A stretch of 64,000 nucleotides of DNA from Nemertoderma westbladi (Eukaryota > Animalia > Xenacoelomorpha). Every line of letters starts with the position of its first letter. The first letter of the stretch is position 1. Shown in pieces: positions 1-12,082 of the stretch. A program made the translations under genes and the position numbers. The notes beneath the pieces are model-generated. The model made no database searches and had not been told where the DNA came from. It saw only the letters and a list, made by a program, of their open reading frames with translations. Where the stretch lies: positions 1 to 64,000 of the forward strand of contig JAUCBJ010002899.1 of NCBI GenBank assembly GCA_032718475.1. Reading direction: 5' to 3'.

Positions 1-621
1 AAATTCGTAAAGTCATGTATAAACAGGACATTGACTATTAAAGAATTACTATTAAATAACATCCCAGATCTGTATGCATTGGAATCACCCTAATTCTACC
101 GCTAGCTTTGCATAATGTCACCATAGCAACAACCACGCTAGAATTAGAATTGAGTTAAAAGAACAATAGAAAGCTTGTCCCATTGAATAGCATAGGGAAT
201 AAATAGTGCACTGATGGTGTCCAAGGATACATAATAATACAGTGACATTCTGGAAGGCATTGACTAACGGACAAGTGACCCGAGTGTGTGTAATTTGTGA
301 CAAGTTGTGTGTGTGGTACTTGTGAGTTTATAGGCGAATGTTACTACTAAGGTGTGTTTACAGTAGCCAGTCGCAATCGTAAAATAACCTAACTCTCCAA
401 GGAAAACCTGAAGTACATCTAAGCCTTTGGGACGGACAGTTGAGTGACTTGTGCCGGTTGTCGTTGTCGTTGTGCGGCTACGTCGTTGGCGAAAGTACAG
501 CGGCGACGACACATCGGCGCTGAGGATCTCGTACTGTCCGGGGGTTGATTGGGTAGGCAGCGACGCCCGCTCGCCTAAATATAAACTCATTATAATATGG
601 ATAAACTCACATATAGCAGAT

Positions 622-927
622 ATGACGGAGTTGATAGCAGATGGTCTTAGTATCGGGGAGCGATATACTCTACCTTTGCAGGCGTTTGTCGATGGCTTGA
701 TGTGCGGCGACGCTGATCCAACTACTACGGAGGACGATGGTCGTTATATCGAACCGCCAATGTCCCAGGAGCAACTTGTGCGTGAATTGGATTATAGAAA
801 GTTCACTGCTCACTACACGCATCGTAATGGTACGTATATGGACTTCTTGACCACTGGTCATCCTATCGATTTACATAATACGGACTATGTCGACTATATA
901 TCCTGCCCAGCGGAGTCGGAACCATAA
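622..927 (+). pseudogene. Family-B accessory ORF of unknown function (disrupted copy)
   Basis: MTELIADGLSIGERYTLPLQAF...DYVD aligns with the 148-aa ORF at 26910-27356 (-). A deletion/frameshift follows DYVD. Confidence 0.55.
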
Positions 928-2030
928 ACTGAAATTCGAATGCAAAAATTCTATTCGAAATCGACTCGAAAGAAAAGACACTAAAGAAACAAATAAACGC
1001 GGTAACTCCTACGTATATTTAGAATTCTTGATAGAAGCATTGTAACAACAAATAAATATCACCCGCGTTTCCCCTACCAGACGTGCGTCTTTGGTATTAT
1101 TACGGTAAATGCCCTAGATCCAGCCAATAAACGGAAAGACATAAACATCCACGGAAACGTTGTGTTAAACACAGTTGTGCTCGTTATATTTACTTGAGTT
1201 TCGACCGAAACTTGTTTGACGTACCACCTATGCTCACTCGGCTCGAACGATCCTGGAGTAAACCTACGATCAGAGTCCCGGAATACTCGATCAAACCTCC
1301 TCATTCCTTAGTCGGACCTCAGACCTGCGATCCTGGTGGTGTCGCGGATCCTCGTGGACTGTATTCACTGTTCAAAGATCTAGTGCTACCCTAACAATTA
1401 ATCGGTAACACTCCGACAGTGATTTCTAGCTAGCCGCCCATCTTACCTAGCCGGATTGTGATGCGGACACCTCATATCACTATCCTACCGTATGGTCGTC
1501 CCCGTTTAACGCGATACAACCCTTCATCAAGGTGAAGGAGAGTTTTGTACGAAACGAGTTAAACGTGATTCTATAAAGATCAAAAAGGAAACCTGCGTTT
1601 GTTCAGATAAACGTAAGTTATAACAGTAAGTCCAATCGATAAACGAATTGGCCTTATCTCGGTTCGATTGGGAAATCTCGAATCTCTAAAGATATCAAGC
1701 TTAGAAAACCCTATTCTCTGCGAGAGTTTTGGACGAACATATCCCATGACAAGCGGAGGAAAATCAGCTCGAGGAGAAGCATATCGAAATGGACGAGACA
1801 CCGACAGTAAACCCAAACCTTCTAATGCAATCATATTGCACCCTTCACCCAGGAGTTATGGCCCTCCTAGTAAAGTGGTTCCCCCCAAAGAGAAAAGGAC
1901 TCTTGCTAGCTTTAAAAAACTGCGTAAACGCCGTCCGCGCGAGAAAGACTAACTGTTTAGAGTATCTTTAGGTTTTAGAAACTGTGATTTTTATATTTTA
2001 TAGACTGAAAATCCCATTTTCTGGGAGCGG

Positions 2031-3263
2031 TGTAAAAGCCTTTGCTGAATTGCCCCGTTATTTTTATTATCTTTTACATTAAAATACTCTGTAGTTGATT
2101 TAATAAGTGTAAGAGACCGTATTATTGCTGTATCGGTGTTTTTAGAGGATCTAAGACCTATTTCCTCCGTATGTGTACTGTGAAAGGCATATTTTATGAT
2201 TCTATGGCAATTCGTGACGCAAAGGGGTGATAGCTACTCTTGAACAGTAGTTACTATGACTACGGTTAACAGCTGACATTCATACGTGTTGATTTCCTTT
2301 GTTCTACGGCGTCTCTCAGTTCAGTCAGCCAATGAGAGCGTTTTTGTGGCTCCTTGTACAGAAAATTTCCGAGAAATGACGCAATGCCTATGTGCAGTGT
2401 TTACATTCAGTCCTGAGCCTAAGAAAGAACGGCTTGGAAGTATTTTGTGCCTTACTGTTTTTGGTCTTACACTAGTAGGTTTAATTATAAAGGGCATATA
2501 TCCTTTAACATACCTAAAGACTACTGCTAACTGATCATACATCCTGACTGCTGAAACATTGCAAACTCGTAACAATCAGTGTTCAGTTGTTGTTTTATAC
2601 TGCTATTTACTGTCAGTTCTTCATAATATGGTTGATGAATTATTATATTTGGAATAACGATAAATAACCCCGCAACCCAATATTCTTGATATACCGAAGG
2701 TAAGAGAGAAAGGTTACCAATAACGATTGTGACTTATGTTAAAGTGGTTTGAAGTGAATCTAATGTTATTTGATAGACCCTACATGAGTCAGCCTGTGTT
2801 CCTTTTATATGTGACTAAAATCAGTGAAGATTGGCAGATTAGTATGCAGTATTGTGCAGCATTGTGTATGAGTGAGTCTGTTAAAGAAGCAATTCCTAAA
2901 GAATGCGCCATATATGTGAATTATAATTAAGCCATATCGTTGTGAGTAGTTTAAGTCATAACTCTGTTTATATAGATAAAGCGCCACGTCCTAAAGGAAC
3001 TGTTAATATTCCCGAAGGTGAATAATATTGTCAGAGATTATATAATACTGTCAGTCGAATAATACATTAGGCTTACATAGCAATAAAAATTAAACCGTCG
3101 AACCCAATCTCCCGGGAATATCCAGCGGGTGAATGGTCGCGCACGGATTGGTTTCGACTAGTGTAGTGAATCAAATACTTATCATAGACTAAAAACAGAT
3201 TTAATATCTAGAAGACATCTTAATTTGGTGGGTTAAACTGCCAAAGGTCTGAAAGCGCGAACA
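2031..3263 (+). repeat. LTR of BEL/Pao family B
   Basis: Starts TGTAAAAGCC, ends GAAAGCGCGAACA. Homologous to 24765-25919, 37553-38510 and 39771-40940. Confidence 0.85.
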
Positions 3264-3721
3264 GATATTTAGGTTTAGCCGGCCATGGTTTTTTGAATCG
3301 CTCAAGTTAGAGAGAGAGTTAGAGAGAGTCGCAACCCGAAGATGTAGCCACGCGCTAGTGGATACATATAATATTTGAAATTAAAAATTACGTTGATTAG
3401 AGCTATATATATATAAAATTAGAAATATTCGGGCGGCAAGTATATTTTGAATATTTTGTATTAGATTCAAAGTTATTTTGTGTCATACCGGTATTTAATG
3501 CTATATAGTAGCTATATAATAATATTTTTGTTTAAATATTGTGCTAGTATTTGCTATAACTATACCCCATTAAATTCACAATATTGCATTGCGAATTTAT
3601 TTGACATTTTGGACCAACTGATTATTTGACAAATAATTTGACCGTATTTCGGTTAAATTATAATTATATCTCGAACTTTTGCAAGATATTTTTTGCCGGA
3701 AGGCAAAACATTATTAAGACT

Positions 3722-6700
3722 ATGAGTGTCTCAGACAAGGAGGCACTAGAGGACAGCTATGAGACGGCGGCTGGACCGCCGACTGACGATAGCGTCAATA
3801 TTACTGTTGATGACAATGCCGACTATGACGACGCAGCGAGCGACGCTGACGTAAGTGAACAGGAGGACGAGACAGTGACTAGTGAGGAAGAACAGCAGCC
3901 TCAGGTAATAGTATTAGAATCCCCTACCGCTACCGTAAGGAAGGATTGTACAGCAACCCGACCAGAGGTGAGTGATAAGGAGGGTAGTGTAGCAGAAGCG
4001 AGAGCCCGGAGCCCGGTTTCCAGACCTGTGGGTATGGTAAGTGCCGTGGTCCCGACGGCTGTAAGGAGTACCCGTAGTTCCCGAAATAATCCTTCAAGTC
4101 CACCGAGTGTAAGTCAGGTAAGTGATAGAGAGTTCGACGTTGCGATAAAGAAGAAACTTCGCGCGCACGCCGGACATATAACCCGGACGGCGGACAAGGT
4201 AAGGAAAATGTTAGCCGACTCAGCGAACATCGGGAGGGTAGAGTTAGCAGAGATTAGAAGAGGATATAACTCAGCGTTATTCAAGCAGACGGAGGAGCTT
4301 GCAGTCCTAGCGAAGAAGGCAGTAGAGTCTCAGTCGAGCGACGTAGCGACGAGGATTTACGACAGGGTTTTAGCAGCCTTGTTGGAGCACCGCGAGTTAT
4401 CGGAGCGATTCCGACGAGTTAGGACGGAGAACTGGCTGCTATGGGCATCACAAGCGCAGGCGACTCAGGTGAGTGACGCAGAGTTGAGAGACTTAGTGGA
4501 GCGAGAAGAGATCCAAGATAAAGAAGAGCGCCGGTATCAAAGGGAAGTTACTAGCTGGCTGATGCAGAATGGAGTGGTGGTACCAGGCCAGGTGCTACCG
4601 ACGACGGAGAACATCCAACAGAGGACGTTGACTCCACGCGACGACGCATCCAGAGACAGCGGCGATTCCCAGGTTAGTCACGCGCGAGGTAAGGTTATAT
4701 GTGCTAGATCCCTTGTTTCGCACAACTCGGCGGAGGAGAGAAGACGCCGACTGGACGAACAGCAGGCGGAAGTTTTGCGTGCATCGGAAGCACGGAAGGA
4801 AGCCGAGCGGGAACGGGAGCGAACACGTAAGTTAGACGCGAAGTTGCGCGAATTGGAAGATAAAGGTAAGCGTGAGCGAGCGGAACGCGAGCAGAAGGAA
4901 CGTGAACTTCAACTTGAACGCGAACGCAAGGAACGCGAACTCGAACTTGAACGCGAGCAGAAAGAACGCGAACTCCAGCTCGAACGCGAACGCAAGGAAC
5001 GCAAACTCCAGCTCGAACGCGAACAAAAGAAACGTGAACTCGAACTTGAACGCGAACGCAAGGAACGTGAACTCGAGATCGAGAAAGAGCGACAAGCGTT
5101 GTATGAAGAAAGGGCGCGTATGGAAGAAGAGGGCGCAGCGAGACGAGCGAGGGAAGAAGAAGAACGTAAACTGGCGCAGTTGGAAAGTGCGAGATTAAGT
5201 TTAGAGAGCGAAGAACGGACTAGGAAGGCGAACGAAATCGCCGAGAAGGGGATGCGAATGATCGAAGAATGTGGGGCGAGTGTAGGGACAGAGTTGCGAG
5301 AACTGTTCGCACTGCAGAAGGCCGAACAGGAAGCGAGAACTCCGACCATACGCGAGTCGACGACGACCAGAATTCCTATACCCGGTCCAGCTATTACGAG
5401 TACACGGATCGCTAAACCGTTCTCTACATATCGCACGCCAGTTGGTATTAGTGCTTCACCCATCGCCCAGGATCTACGTCATCGGAACACCGCACCACTA
5501 TACACCGAACGCGACAACGGAGAGTTTAGAGAAACTCCGACGGGACGAGTACTTGGCGAACCGAACCCGCGGGTTTGGAATACGCGGACGGAGCGCCGAC
5601 CCAGTTCGACGGAGAACTTCCGGGTTAAACCGGAAGAGGGATCATATGAGAGACAGCGGATTACTCAAATAGAGCCGACTATACAACAGAACCCTAGCCA
5701 GGAATTTATTACGAGGGATGAGTTAAGTGCTAGTTTAGCGCAAGCTATATCGCCGCACATCCAACCTATAACGGACATGCTTAGCAACCTACGGTTAAAG
5801 GAAGCAGCCCAGGTAAGAAGTAATTCAAATCCCAGCAGGCCTGAATTAGATAAAGTCCAGCCTAGTCAACGAGTACGTATATCAGAGGAGACTATACCAC
5901 ATAGACCTCAGGTAAGGACGCCTGTCCCGAACATCTCTAATCCCAACTTCGAAAATTCGGCCGAGAAATTTATTGAGGAGGCTTGGATCAGGGCCTCGGC
6001 GCGCAAACCATCGCGAGCGCTAAGGACTGACACCGAGTCAAGCGATGAAGAGGAAGAAATGAGACGTCAGAAGTCCCGAAACTATAAGGAAAGAAGGACC
6101 GACGCGGAGCAGGTAAGTTGGAACCACCGGGAAAGGACCAGACTTAACAACCCTGCGGAACTAAACCATTTGTTAACCCGGAACGACGCAACCCTTAGGG
6201 ACATAGGTAAGTTTGCTGCTAGGCAAGGACTGCCGACGCAACAACCCCAGAAGTTTATGGGCAACCATAAGCACTGGAGGACTTTCAAAACCTATGTCGA
6301 CGAGCAGCTAACCAACAGCACCTTTACTCCCAACGAGAAGTTCAACTATTTGCTTCAGATGCTCCATCGAGAACCTAGAGCCATTGCTGATAACTTCGTC
6401 GGCAACGAAAGAGCATTCGAGTTAGCGATGAAGACGCTTAGTGACATCTACGGGAATAAAACCAAGATGGCGCAGTCGATAGTAGAAGACTTGGGTAAGG
6501 GTGGAAGGATTACAACTCCGTTAGAGCTGTTGAACTTAGCGAACGCTATTTCGAACGCATTGGACATCTTGAGGACGGTGAATCTACCTCATCATGGTGA
6601 TCACGCCGAAGTTTTAAAGAGCGTAATAAGACGTCTAAACATGCGTTACCGACAGAAATGGCGCAAATTAGAGAATAAGTTGGAGGGCCAAGGTAAAGTA

Positions 6701-7870
6701 TTGACACTTCAGCATATTCATGACATGATAGCCACAGACGCAGTAGCAGAGATGAAATCAAACTTCTCAGAGGAGAATATGAGGGAGTCTAAACCTGTTA
6801 CCGGTAAGTCTATGGTAAGTTTTGCCGATGACAGGACCACTGTGACATTTAACTCAGTAGACAGATATAATTCGAGTACCCCAGCCTTTAGATCAGACTC
6901 GCGAGTATGGTCAGGTGAGCGGTTAGATAGACCTAGGTTGAAGCAACAGGAGTTGCCGGATGGATTTGTAGGTTGCCAATACTGTTTACTAAAGGAGGTA
7001 AGATCTGACGACCATAAGTTAGATAGTTGCAGACGGTTCAAAGAATTAAATTCGGAACAGAGAAGAGTTCAAGTGCGGACGTTGGACACCTGTTGGGCAT
7101 GTCTTGCGCCAGGTCATGTACGGCGGCAGTGCCCGAACAGCAAGGACGGATGCATGGAATGCGGCAGACTACATCACAAGTTGCTACATGCGGATTTCCA
7201 CACCCCGACGGACCGTTACTTACAGCGAAATCCTCACAGGAAGGGGAGCAAAGAACCCGTATCGATAAGGAGGAATACGTATACCGGCATTCAGGACGAT
7301 GGTTATCAACCAGGTTCGTCGGACGAGGATGGCGAGTCGAGCGCGAGAGAAGTGACCTGCCAAGGTTTCACCGCGGATAGTTCATCGACCAGGGCACGGA
7401 CGTATTTATCATCGGCCACGTCGGAAATATTTAGCGTGATTCCGGTGAAACTCAGTGGCGATAAGGGATCGAAGCGAATATATGTGATGTTGGATACTGC
7501 GTCCACATTATCGTATATCGACGAGGAAGTGGCGAGAGCTGTTTCTAGCTTCCAGGACGCCGAGGAGATCCAAATAGAGTTGAAGTCTATGCACGGGGTA
7601 GGAGACCTCAAGGGACACAGAATTTCGGTAGAACTAGATTCCCTACTTCCGAGAGACCAACACACTCGACAAGAACGGAAAGCTTTGCCATTGGACGGAT
7701 TTAAGTGTCTAGCTATGAAGGGATTCGGCAGGCAGTTAGGTAAGGTGCCACCGATGAGTCCCATAGCACAGGAGTATTTTGACAAGCTCAGGATACCGAG
7801 ACACCAGGTAGGTTATAGGAATGTTTCTATGTTGATTGGTGCAGAACAGCTGATCGCACACCAAATATGA
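3722..7870 (+). CDS. gag: BEL/Pao gag plus aspartic protease (ends at an in-frame TGA inside the protease region)
   Basis: First ATG at 3722. Coiled-coil ERELQLERERK repeats; DUF1759-like PQKFMGNHKHWRTF..EKFNYLLQML; Cys/His motifs CWACLAPGHVRRQC and CMECGRLHHKLLH; protease motif VMLDTAST. Confidence 0.9.
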   Translation: MSVSDKEALEDSYETAAGPPTDDSVNITVDDNADYDDAASDADVSEQEDETVTSEEEQQPQVIVLESPTATVRKDCTATRPEVSDKEGSVAEARARSPVSRPVGMVSAVVPTAVRSTRSSRNNPSSPPSVSQVSDREFDVAIKKKLRAHAGHITRTADKVRKMLADSANIGRVELAEIRRGYNSALFKQTEELAVLAKKAVESQSSDVATRIYDRVLAALLEHRELSERFRRVRTENWLLWASQAQATQVSDAELRDLVEREEIQDKEERRYQREVTSWLMQNGVVVPGQVLPTTENIQQRTLTPRDDASRDSGDSQVSHARGKVICARSLVSHNSAEERRRRLDEQQAEVLRASEARKEAERERERTRKLDAKLRELEDKGKRERAEREQKERELQLERERKERELELEREQKERELQLERERKERKLQLEREQKKRELELERERKERELEIEKERQALYEERARMEEEGAARRAREEEERKLAQLESARLSLESEERTRKANEIAEKGMRMIEECGASVGTELRELFALQKAEQEARTPTIRESTTTRIPIPGPAITSTRIAKPFSTYRTPVGISASPIAQDLRHRNTAPLYTERDNGEFRETPTGRVLGEPNPRVWNTRTERRPSSTENFRVKPEEGSYERQRITQIEPTIQQNPSQEFITRDELSASLAQAISPHIQPITDMLSNLRLKEAAQVRSNSNPSRPELDKVQPSQRVRISEETIPHRPQVRTPVPNISNPNFENSAEKFIEEAWIRASARKPSRALRTDTESSDEEEEMRRQKSRNYKERRTDAEQVSWNHRERTRLNNPAELNHLLTRNDATLRDIGKFAARQGLPTQQPQKFMGNHKHWRTFKTYVDEQLTNSTFTPNEKFNYLLQMLHREPRAIADNFVGNERAFELAMKTLSDIYGNKTKMAQSIVEDLGKGGRITTPLELLNLANAISNALDILRTVNLPHHGDHAEVLKSVIRRLNMRYRQKWRKLENKLEGQGKVLTLQHIHDMIATDAVAEMKSNFSEENMRESKPVTGKSMVSFADDRTTVTFNSVDRYNSSTPAFRSDSRVWSGERLDRPRLKQQELPDGFVGCQYCLLKEVRSDDHKLDSCRRFKELNSEQRRVQVRTLDTCWACLAPGHVRRQCPNSKDGCMECGRLHHKLLHADFHTPTDRYLQRNPHRKGSKEPVSIRRNTYTGIQDDGYQPGSSDEDGESSAREVTCQGFTADSSSTRARTYLSSATSEIFSVIPVKLSGDKGSKRIYVMLDTASTLSYIDEEVARAVSSFQDAEEIQIELKSMHGVGDLKGHRISVELDSLLPRDQHTRQERKALPLDGFKCLAMKGFGRQLGKVPPMSPIAQEYFDKLRIPRHQVGYRNVSMLIGAEQLIAHQI
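4870..5090 (+). repeat. 33-bp coding tandem repeat (ERELQLERERK/EQK) in gag
   Basis: Repeated GAACGCGAAC(T/G)C..CTTGAACGCGA units. Confidence 0.8.
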
Positions 7871-10800
7871 GAAAAGAGACCAGCTGAGCCGCATGTCAAT
7901 GGACCACATGCCCATAGGACTATATTAGGTTGGTATACACGAGTACCCATGTCTTATGAGTTTACAGGTGGCGACAAGCCAATGAACAGATACGACGAAT
8001 TACAGCCTATAACTCAACCACCGTTAGTAGAACCACCAGACATAGACGAGTTTAGGAGAACCTGTATTGACCACTATAGTGACTTTAGCGAGTCGGACGA
8101 GGAGTTGATTCCCGATAATGTTAGGTTGTCGGAACCACTTCATAACGACCGGACAGATAGTGAACCCGAGGACTACTGTTATCAGACCCGTGGGTCTGGT
8201 TCAGCGGCCCACGCTACTTATCTGACTAACGTTTTGACTTATACAGACATAGTGGAGGGTCAGGTGGCTAAATATCGAGACCTAGACATTTTCCAATACA
8301 GTGAGGAGGAATTACAGAAGGAATTGATACGCCAGGACCTCGAGACAGGAGCCAGAACCGTCGAATGGCTGGATAGGGACGCAATGGAACCCGGTGGATA
8401 TGACCTAGCCATGTCTACTGATGAGAAACGGTCGCTGGAGATGATGGAAGACACCATATGTCTACTACCGACTGGACATTTTGAAGTTGGAATGTTGTGG
8501 CGTCGACAACCACCTAAGTTGGAGAACAACTATAACTTAGCCTTGAAAAGATTAAACGGAGTAAGGGCTCGGTTGTTAAGGAATCCGGACATTAGGGAGA
8601 AGTATTGCGCCCAGATCAACAACTATTTCACCAAGGGATTTGCTGGGAAGGTAGAGGACCCTGACTTAGTGACAGACCAGACTTATTACCTTCCACACCA
8701 CTATGTGACTCACCCTGACAAGCCAGACAAAGTCCGAGTAGTCAACGACTGCGCAGCAGTCTATAGAGGTATGTCCCTGAATTCAGAGTTGATGGATGGT
8801 CCCAACCTGAATAACTATTTGATCGGAATACTGTTACGTTTTAGACAGCGGCGATTCGCATTTACTTGTGACATCGAGGCGATGTTCCACCAGGTAAGAG
8901 CCTGTAAGACAGACCAGGATAGCCTTCGCTTTCTCTGGTATGAGAATGAAGACTTATCCGGCCCAGTGGTTACATACCAAATGTACGTTAGGATATTTGG
9001 CGCCCGCGATAGTCCGAATGGTACGCTGTTTGTTCTAAAGAAAACGGCAACAGCCCAGATTGGTAAGTACCCAGTAGAGGTTATCGAGTCCATCTTGAGA
9101 AACTTCTACATGGACGACGGATTGGTGTCCAAGGACACAGCGGAACAAGCCATAGAAGTGGCTCACGGCCTGCAAGAGTGCTTGGCTACAGGGGGATTTC
9201 CTCTGACCAAGTTCACTACGAACTCAGAGGCCTTATTAGAGTCGTTCCCGGTGAAAGATCGCGGGAGCGGAGACATAGAATTGGGGGTAGAACCAATCCC
9301 CATGGCGCGAGTACTGGGACTCGCTTGGAACCCGAACTCAGATAAGTTCCAGGTAAGAGTTAGATTTGAGCCCAGTAGCCCAGACAAAGTTTTGACTAAG
9401 AGGATTTGCTTATCGACATTAAGTAGACTATTTGACCCGATGAACTTTATCAGTCCGGTTATATTACAGGCACGAGCGTGCATGAGGAAAATTTGGTTGT
9501 CCGACTTAGAGTGGGACGAACCAATATCTCCTATACATGCAAAGCAGTGGAGGGAGTGGGAAGCCGAGTTGCATCTATTGAAAAATATAGATGTACCCCG
9601 TTCCTACTTTCCGAATCAGCTGGTATTTCCAGCTGATTTAGAGCTGCACTTATTTAGTGACGCAATTGACACCGGCTTTGGTATGGTAGCCTACCTTCGC
9701 CGAGAGGTAAGTCAGGACAAGTTTGAGACGGCCTTTGTGACTTCTAGATCAAAGACAATGCCGGTCAAATATATGACTGTCCCTCGTGCAGAGTTACAGG
9801 CGGCTGTAGTTTCAGTCGAGGTAAGTAAGCAGATAACTGAGGAGTTAGATACGACATTGACCTTATTCTATTGGACGGACGCATCCTTGGTGTTAGTATA
9901 CATTGCGGCCGACAATATTGCACTAAAGACATTTGTGACCAATAGACGCGCTCAGATCGTTGATTTTTCGACGAAGGAACAGTGGAGACATTGTCCGGGA
10001 GTGTTGAACCCGGCCGACATAACTTCGAGAGGTGCAATGCCGGCGGAATTCTGTCAGGAAGAGTCTCAGGAGTTTTGGTTGCATGGACCTGATTTTCTAA
10101 CGAGGACACAGGAACATTGGCCAGAGCGACTAAAGATAGTGACCAATCCGATGCCTGAAGATGCAGAAGTCAAGGTGGAGAAAGTCTCTAAGTCAAAGTC
10201 TAAAGCCAAACTTAAGTCATTGGAGCGGCCTGAAGAGTCATTGGAGCGGCCTGACGAGTTATTGGAGCGGCCCGGAGACCTGTCAGACCTACAGACTTAC
10301 GTGACTACTAGGTCCGGAAGGGTAAGTTATGACATCAAACCACCCTTACAGACTAAACCAGAGTCACAATTGGTAAGTGACGGACAGAAAATGACCGACA
10401 AAATGGAGCCTTTGGTTTCCAAACCTGCGGGTTTGGATTCGAAACTTCCATTAACTAGCGGACAACCGTCGCTGGCATTAAAGTCATGCAGTGTTTATGA
10501 CAAATTACTAAATTCGTCTGCCTCTTGGCTGACAATTTGTAAAAGAACTGCATGGTTAAGCCGATACGTTTCGTACCTTTGTATAAAACATTCGAAACAT
10601 TTGAGAGAACCATTGAGCACCAATAGTGAGCGAATTCGGAAATTGAAACAACCTCTGACAGAGGATGAGATTGATCAAGCGGAATTAAAGCATTTGAAAC
10701 ATTATCAAATGTGTGCCTTCCCTAAAGAATTCCATCTATTATCGGCTCAACGACCAGTTCTCTATAAACCCCTTAGAAAATGGAGTCCATTAATCCATAA

Positions 10801-12082
10801 GGGTTTAATTTGTCATAGATCGAGAATCCAGACTGTCGACATAAACTCACAGTTTCGGTTCCCAGTGATAATCCCTAGTCACCCAATAGAATTGCAAAGA
10901 GCGATTCTATGGGATATACACAAGCGGTTACATCACGCGGGAAGGTTACACTGTTTGTCGGCAGCGAGACAGCGATTCATTCTATTGCAGCCAAGCAGGG
11001 CAGTAGGCACTATGTATGACGCCTGTCTGGTTTGCAAGAGGGTGAACGCCAGAGTATTGGAACAGGAGATGGCTGAACTCCCGGAAGCGAGAGTGCAGGC
11101 ATATGACCCACCCTTTACGAACACAGGGGTGGACTGTTTTGGTCCGATTGAAGCAAAGAGTGGACGGCTGACCCACAAGCGATGGGGTCTGCTACTGACA
11201 TGCATGGCGAGTAGAGCCATACACATTGAGCGTGTGGCAGACATGTCGACCAAATCTCTGCTCCTGGCCTTAAAGAGATTTATGGCCAGGAGAGGACTAG
11301 TAAAGGCGTTCTACTCCGATAAGGGTACAAACTTTGTCGGAGGGAATAGCGAGTTGAACGCGGCTCATAAAGCAGCACAGAATAAGGAAATTTCTGCAGC
11401 ACTTTTGCCGCAAAGAGTAGAATGGAGATTTAATACTCCAGAAAGTCCTTGGAGAGGAGGAAGTTGGGAGCGTTTAGTACGCTCTGTAAAACAGGCCATT
11501 GCCAAGACGTTGCCTGTGAACAAACAACTTACCGACGACGAACTGGTCACAGCTTTCATTGAAATCGAGCATACCCTAAACTCGAGGCCGATAGCTATGT
11601 TGCCAGACGGTGTTGCATTAACGCCGAATCATTTGCTAATGCAGAGTCCAGCATTTCTTGTGCCGGCATCAGAACCCGTTAGTGCCGACCTATATAGTCG
11701 TAAGAGCTGGAAAGTGACTCAATTTGTCGCGTACACATTCTGGGAATATTGGCGGGAATACTATCTTCCCACCATATCCACCAGAACAAAGTGGTACAAA
11801 ACGGTTCGGAGTCTCCAAAGGGGAGATTACGTATTGATAACCGAACCTATTGTCAAGAGAAAGTATTGGGAGACAGGAGTGATCTTGCACACACACCCAG
11901 ACGTGCAAAACATAGTGTGCACAGTCACTGTGAAAATTAGGTGCAAGTGTCCGCACCCAAAAAAGTGTAAAACTAATGGTTTGCACACCTTGGACCGACC
12001 GGTCCAAGATATCGTGTTATTAGAGGAGACACGTATCGAGACGGGAGATTATAATTTGTCTCCTGCCTCAAAACAGAATTAG
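7871..12082 (+). CDS. pol: BEL/Pao pol: RT, RNase H, integrase (same frame as gag)
   Basis: YYLPHHYV..KVRVVND, CDIEAMFHQV, NFYMDDGL (RT); LHLFSDA, YWTDAS, WRHCPGVLNPAD..SRG (RNase H); H..LHHAG..CLVC, GVDCFGP, YSDKGTNF, GGSWERLV (integrase); C-terminal RPV..IVLL. Confidence 0.95.
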   Translation, partial: EKRPAEPHVNGPHAHRTILGWYTRVPMSYEFTGGDKPMNRYDELQPITQPPLVEPPDIDEFRRTCIDHYSDFSESDEELIPDNVRLSEPLHNDRTDSEPEDYCYQTRGSGSAAHATYLTNVLTYTDIVEGQVAKYRDLDIFQYSEEELQKELIRQDLETGARTVEWLDRDAMEPGGYDLAMSTDEKRSLEMMEDTICLLPTGHFEVGMLWRRQPPKLENNYNLALKRLNGVRARLLRNPDIREKYCAQINNYFTKGFAGKVEDPDLVTDQTYYLPHHYVTHPDKPDKVRVVNDCAAVYRGMSLNSELMDGPNLNNYLIGILLRFRQRRFAFTCDIEAMFHQVRACKTDQDSLRFLWYENEDLSGPVVTYQMYVRIFGARDSPNGTLFVLKKTATAQIGKYPVEVIESILRNFYMDDGLVSKDTAEQAIEVAHGLQECLATGGFPLTKFTTNSEALLESFPVKDRGSGDIELGVEPIPMARVLGLAWNPNSDKFQVRVRFEPSSPDKVLTKRICLSTLSRLFDPMNFISPVILQARACMRKIWLSDLEWDEPISPIHAKQWREWEAELHLLKNIDVPRSYFPNQLVFPADLELHLFSDAIDTGFGMVAYLRREVSQDKFETAFVTSRSKTMPVKYMTVPRAELQAAVVSVEVSKQITEELDTTLTLFYWTDASLVLVYIAADNIALKTFVTNRRAQIVDFSTKEQWRHCPGVLNPADITSRGAMPAEFCQEESQEFWLHGPDFLTRTQEHWPERLKIVTNPMPEDAEVKVEKVSKSKSKAKLKSLERPEESLERPDELLERPGDLSDLQTYVTTRSGRVSYDIKPPLQTKPESQLVSDGQKMTDKMEPLVSKPAGLDSKLPLTSGQPSLALKSCSVYDKLLNSSASWLTICKRTAWLSRYVSYLCIKHSKHLREPLSTNSERIRKLKQPLTEDEIDQAELKHLKHYQMCAFPKEFHLLSAQRPVLYKPLRKWSPLIHKGLICHRSRIQTVDINSQFRFPVIIPSHPIELQRAILWDIHKRLHHAGRLHCLSAARQRFILLQPSRAVGTMYDACLVCKRVNARVLEQEMAELPEARVQAYDPPFTNTGVDCFGPIEAKSGRLTHKRWGLLLTCMASRAIHIERVADMSTKSLLLALKRFMARRGLVKAFYSDKGTNFVGGNSELNAAHKAAQNKEISAALLPQRVEWRFNTPESPWRGGSWERLVRSVKQAIAKTLPVNKQLTDDELVTAFIEIEHTLNSRPIAMLPDGVALTPNHLLMQSPAFLVPASEPVSADLYSRKSWKVTQFVAYTFWEYWREYYLPTISTRTKWYKTVRSLQRGDYVLITEPIVKRKYWETGVILHTHPDVQNIVCTVTVKIRCKCPHPKKCKTNGLHTLDRPVQDIVLLEETRIETGDYNLSPASKQN

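Larger units (their letters stand above)
1..3263 (+). mobile_element. 3' end of a BEL/Pao family-B element (accessory region, PPT and 3' LTR), running off the window start
   Basis: 1-2030 is a diverged reverse-complement copy of about 25920-27975. PPT-like CTGGGAGCGG at 2021-2030 directly precedes the LTR. Confidence 0.8.

Noticed and set aside
2031-3263. 5' LTR of the family-A element
   Set aside because: It does not match 17013-19309, has its own PPT and family-B internal sequence upstream, and no clear PBS follows.
4832-5463. Antisense and alternative-frame ORFs over the gag repeat (also 33884-34324)
   Set aside because: These are shadows of low-complexity coiled-coil coding repeats.
8415-8430. 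CTGATGA...GAAA hammerhead-like cores (also near 29878, 45030 and 46226)
   Set aside because: I could not build the required flanking stems by eye.
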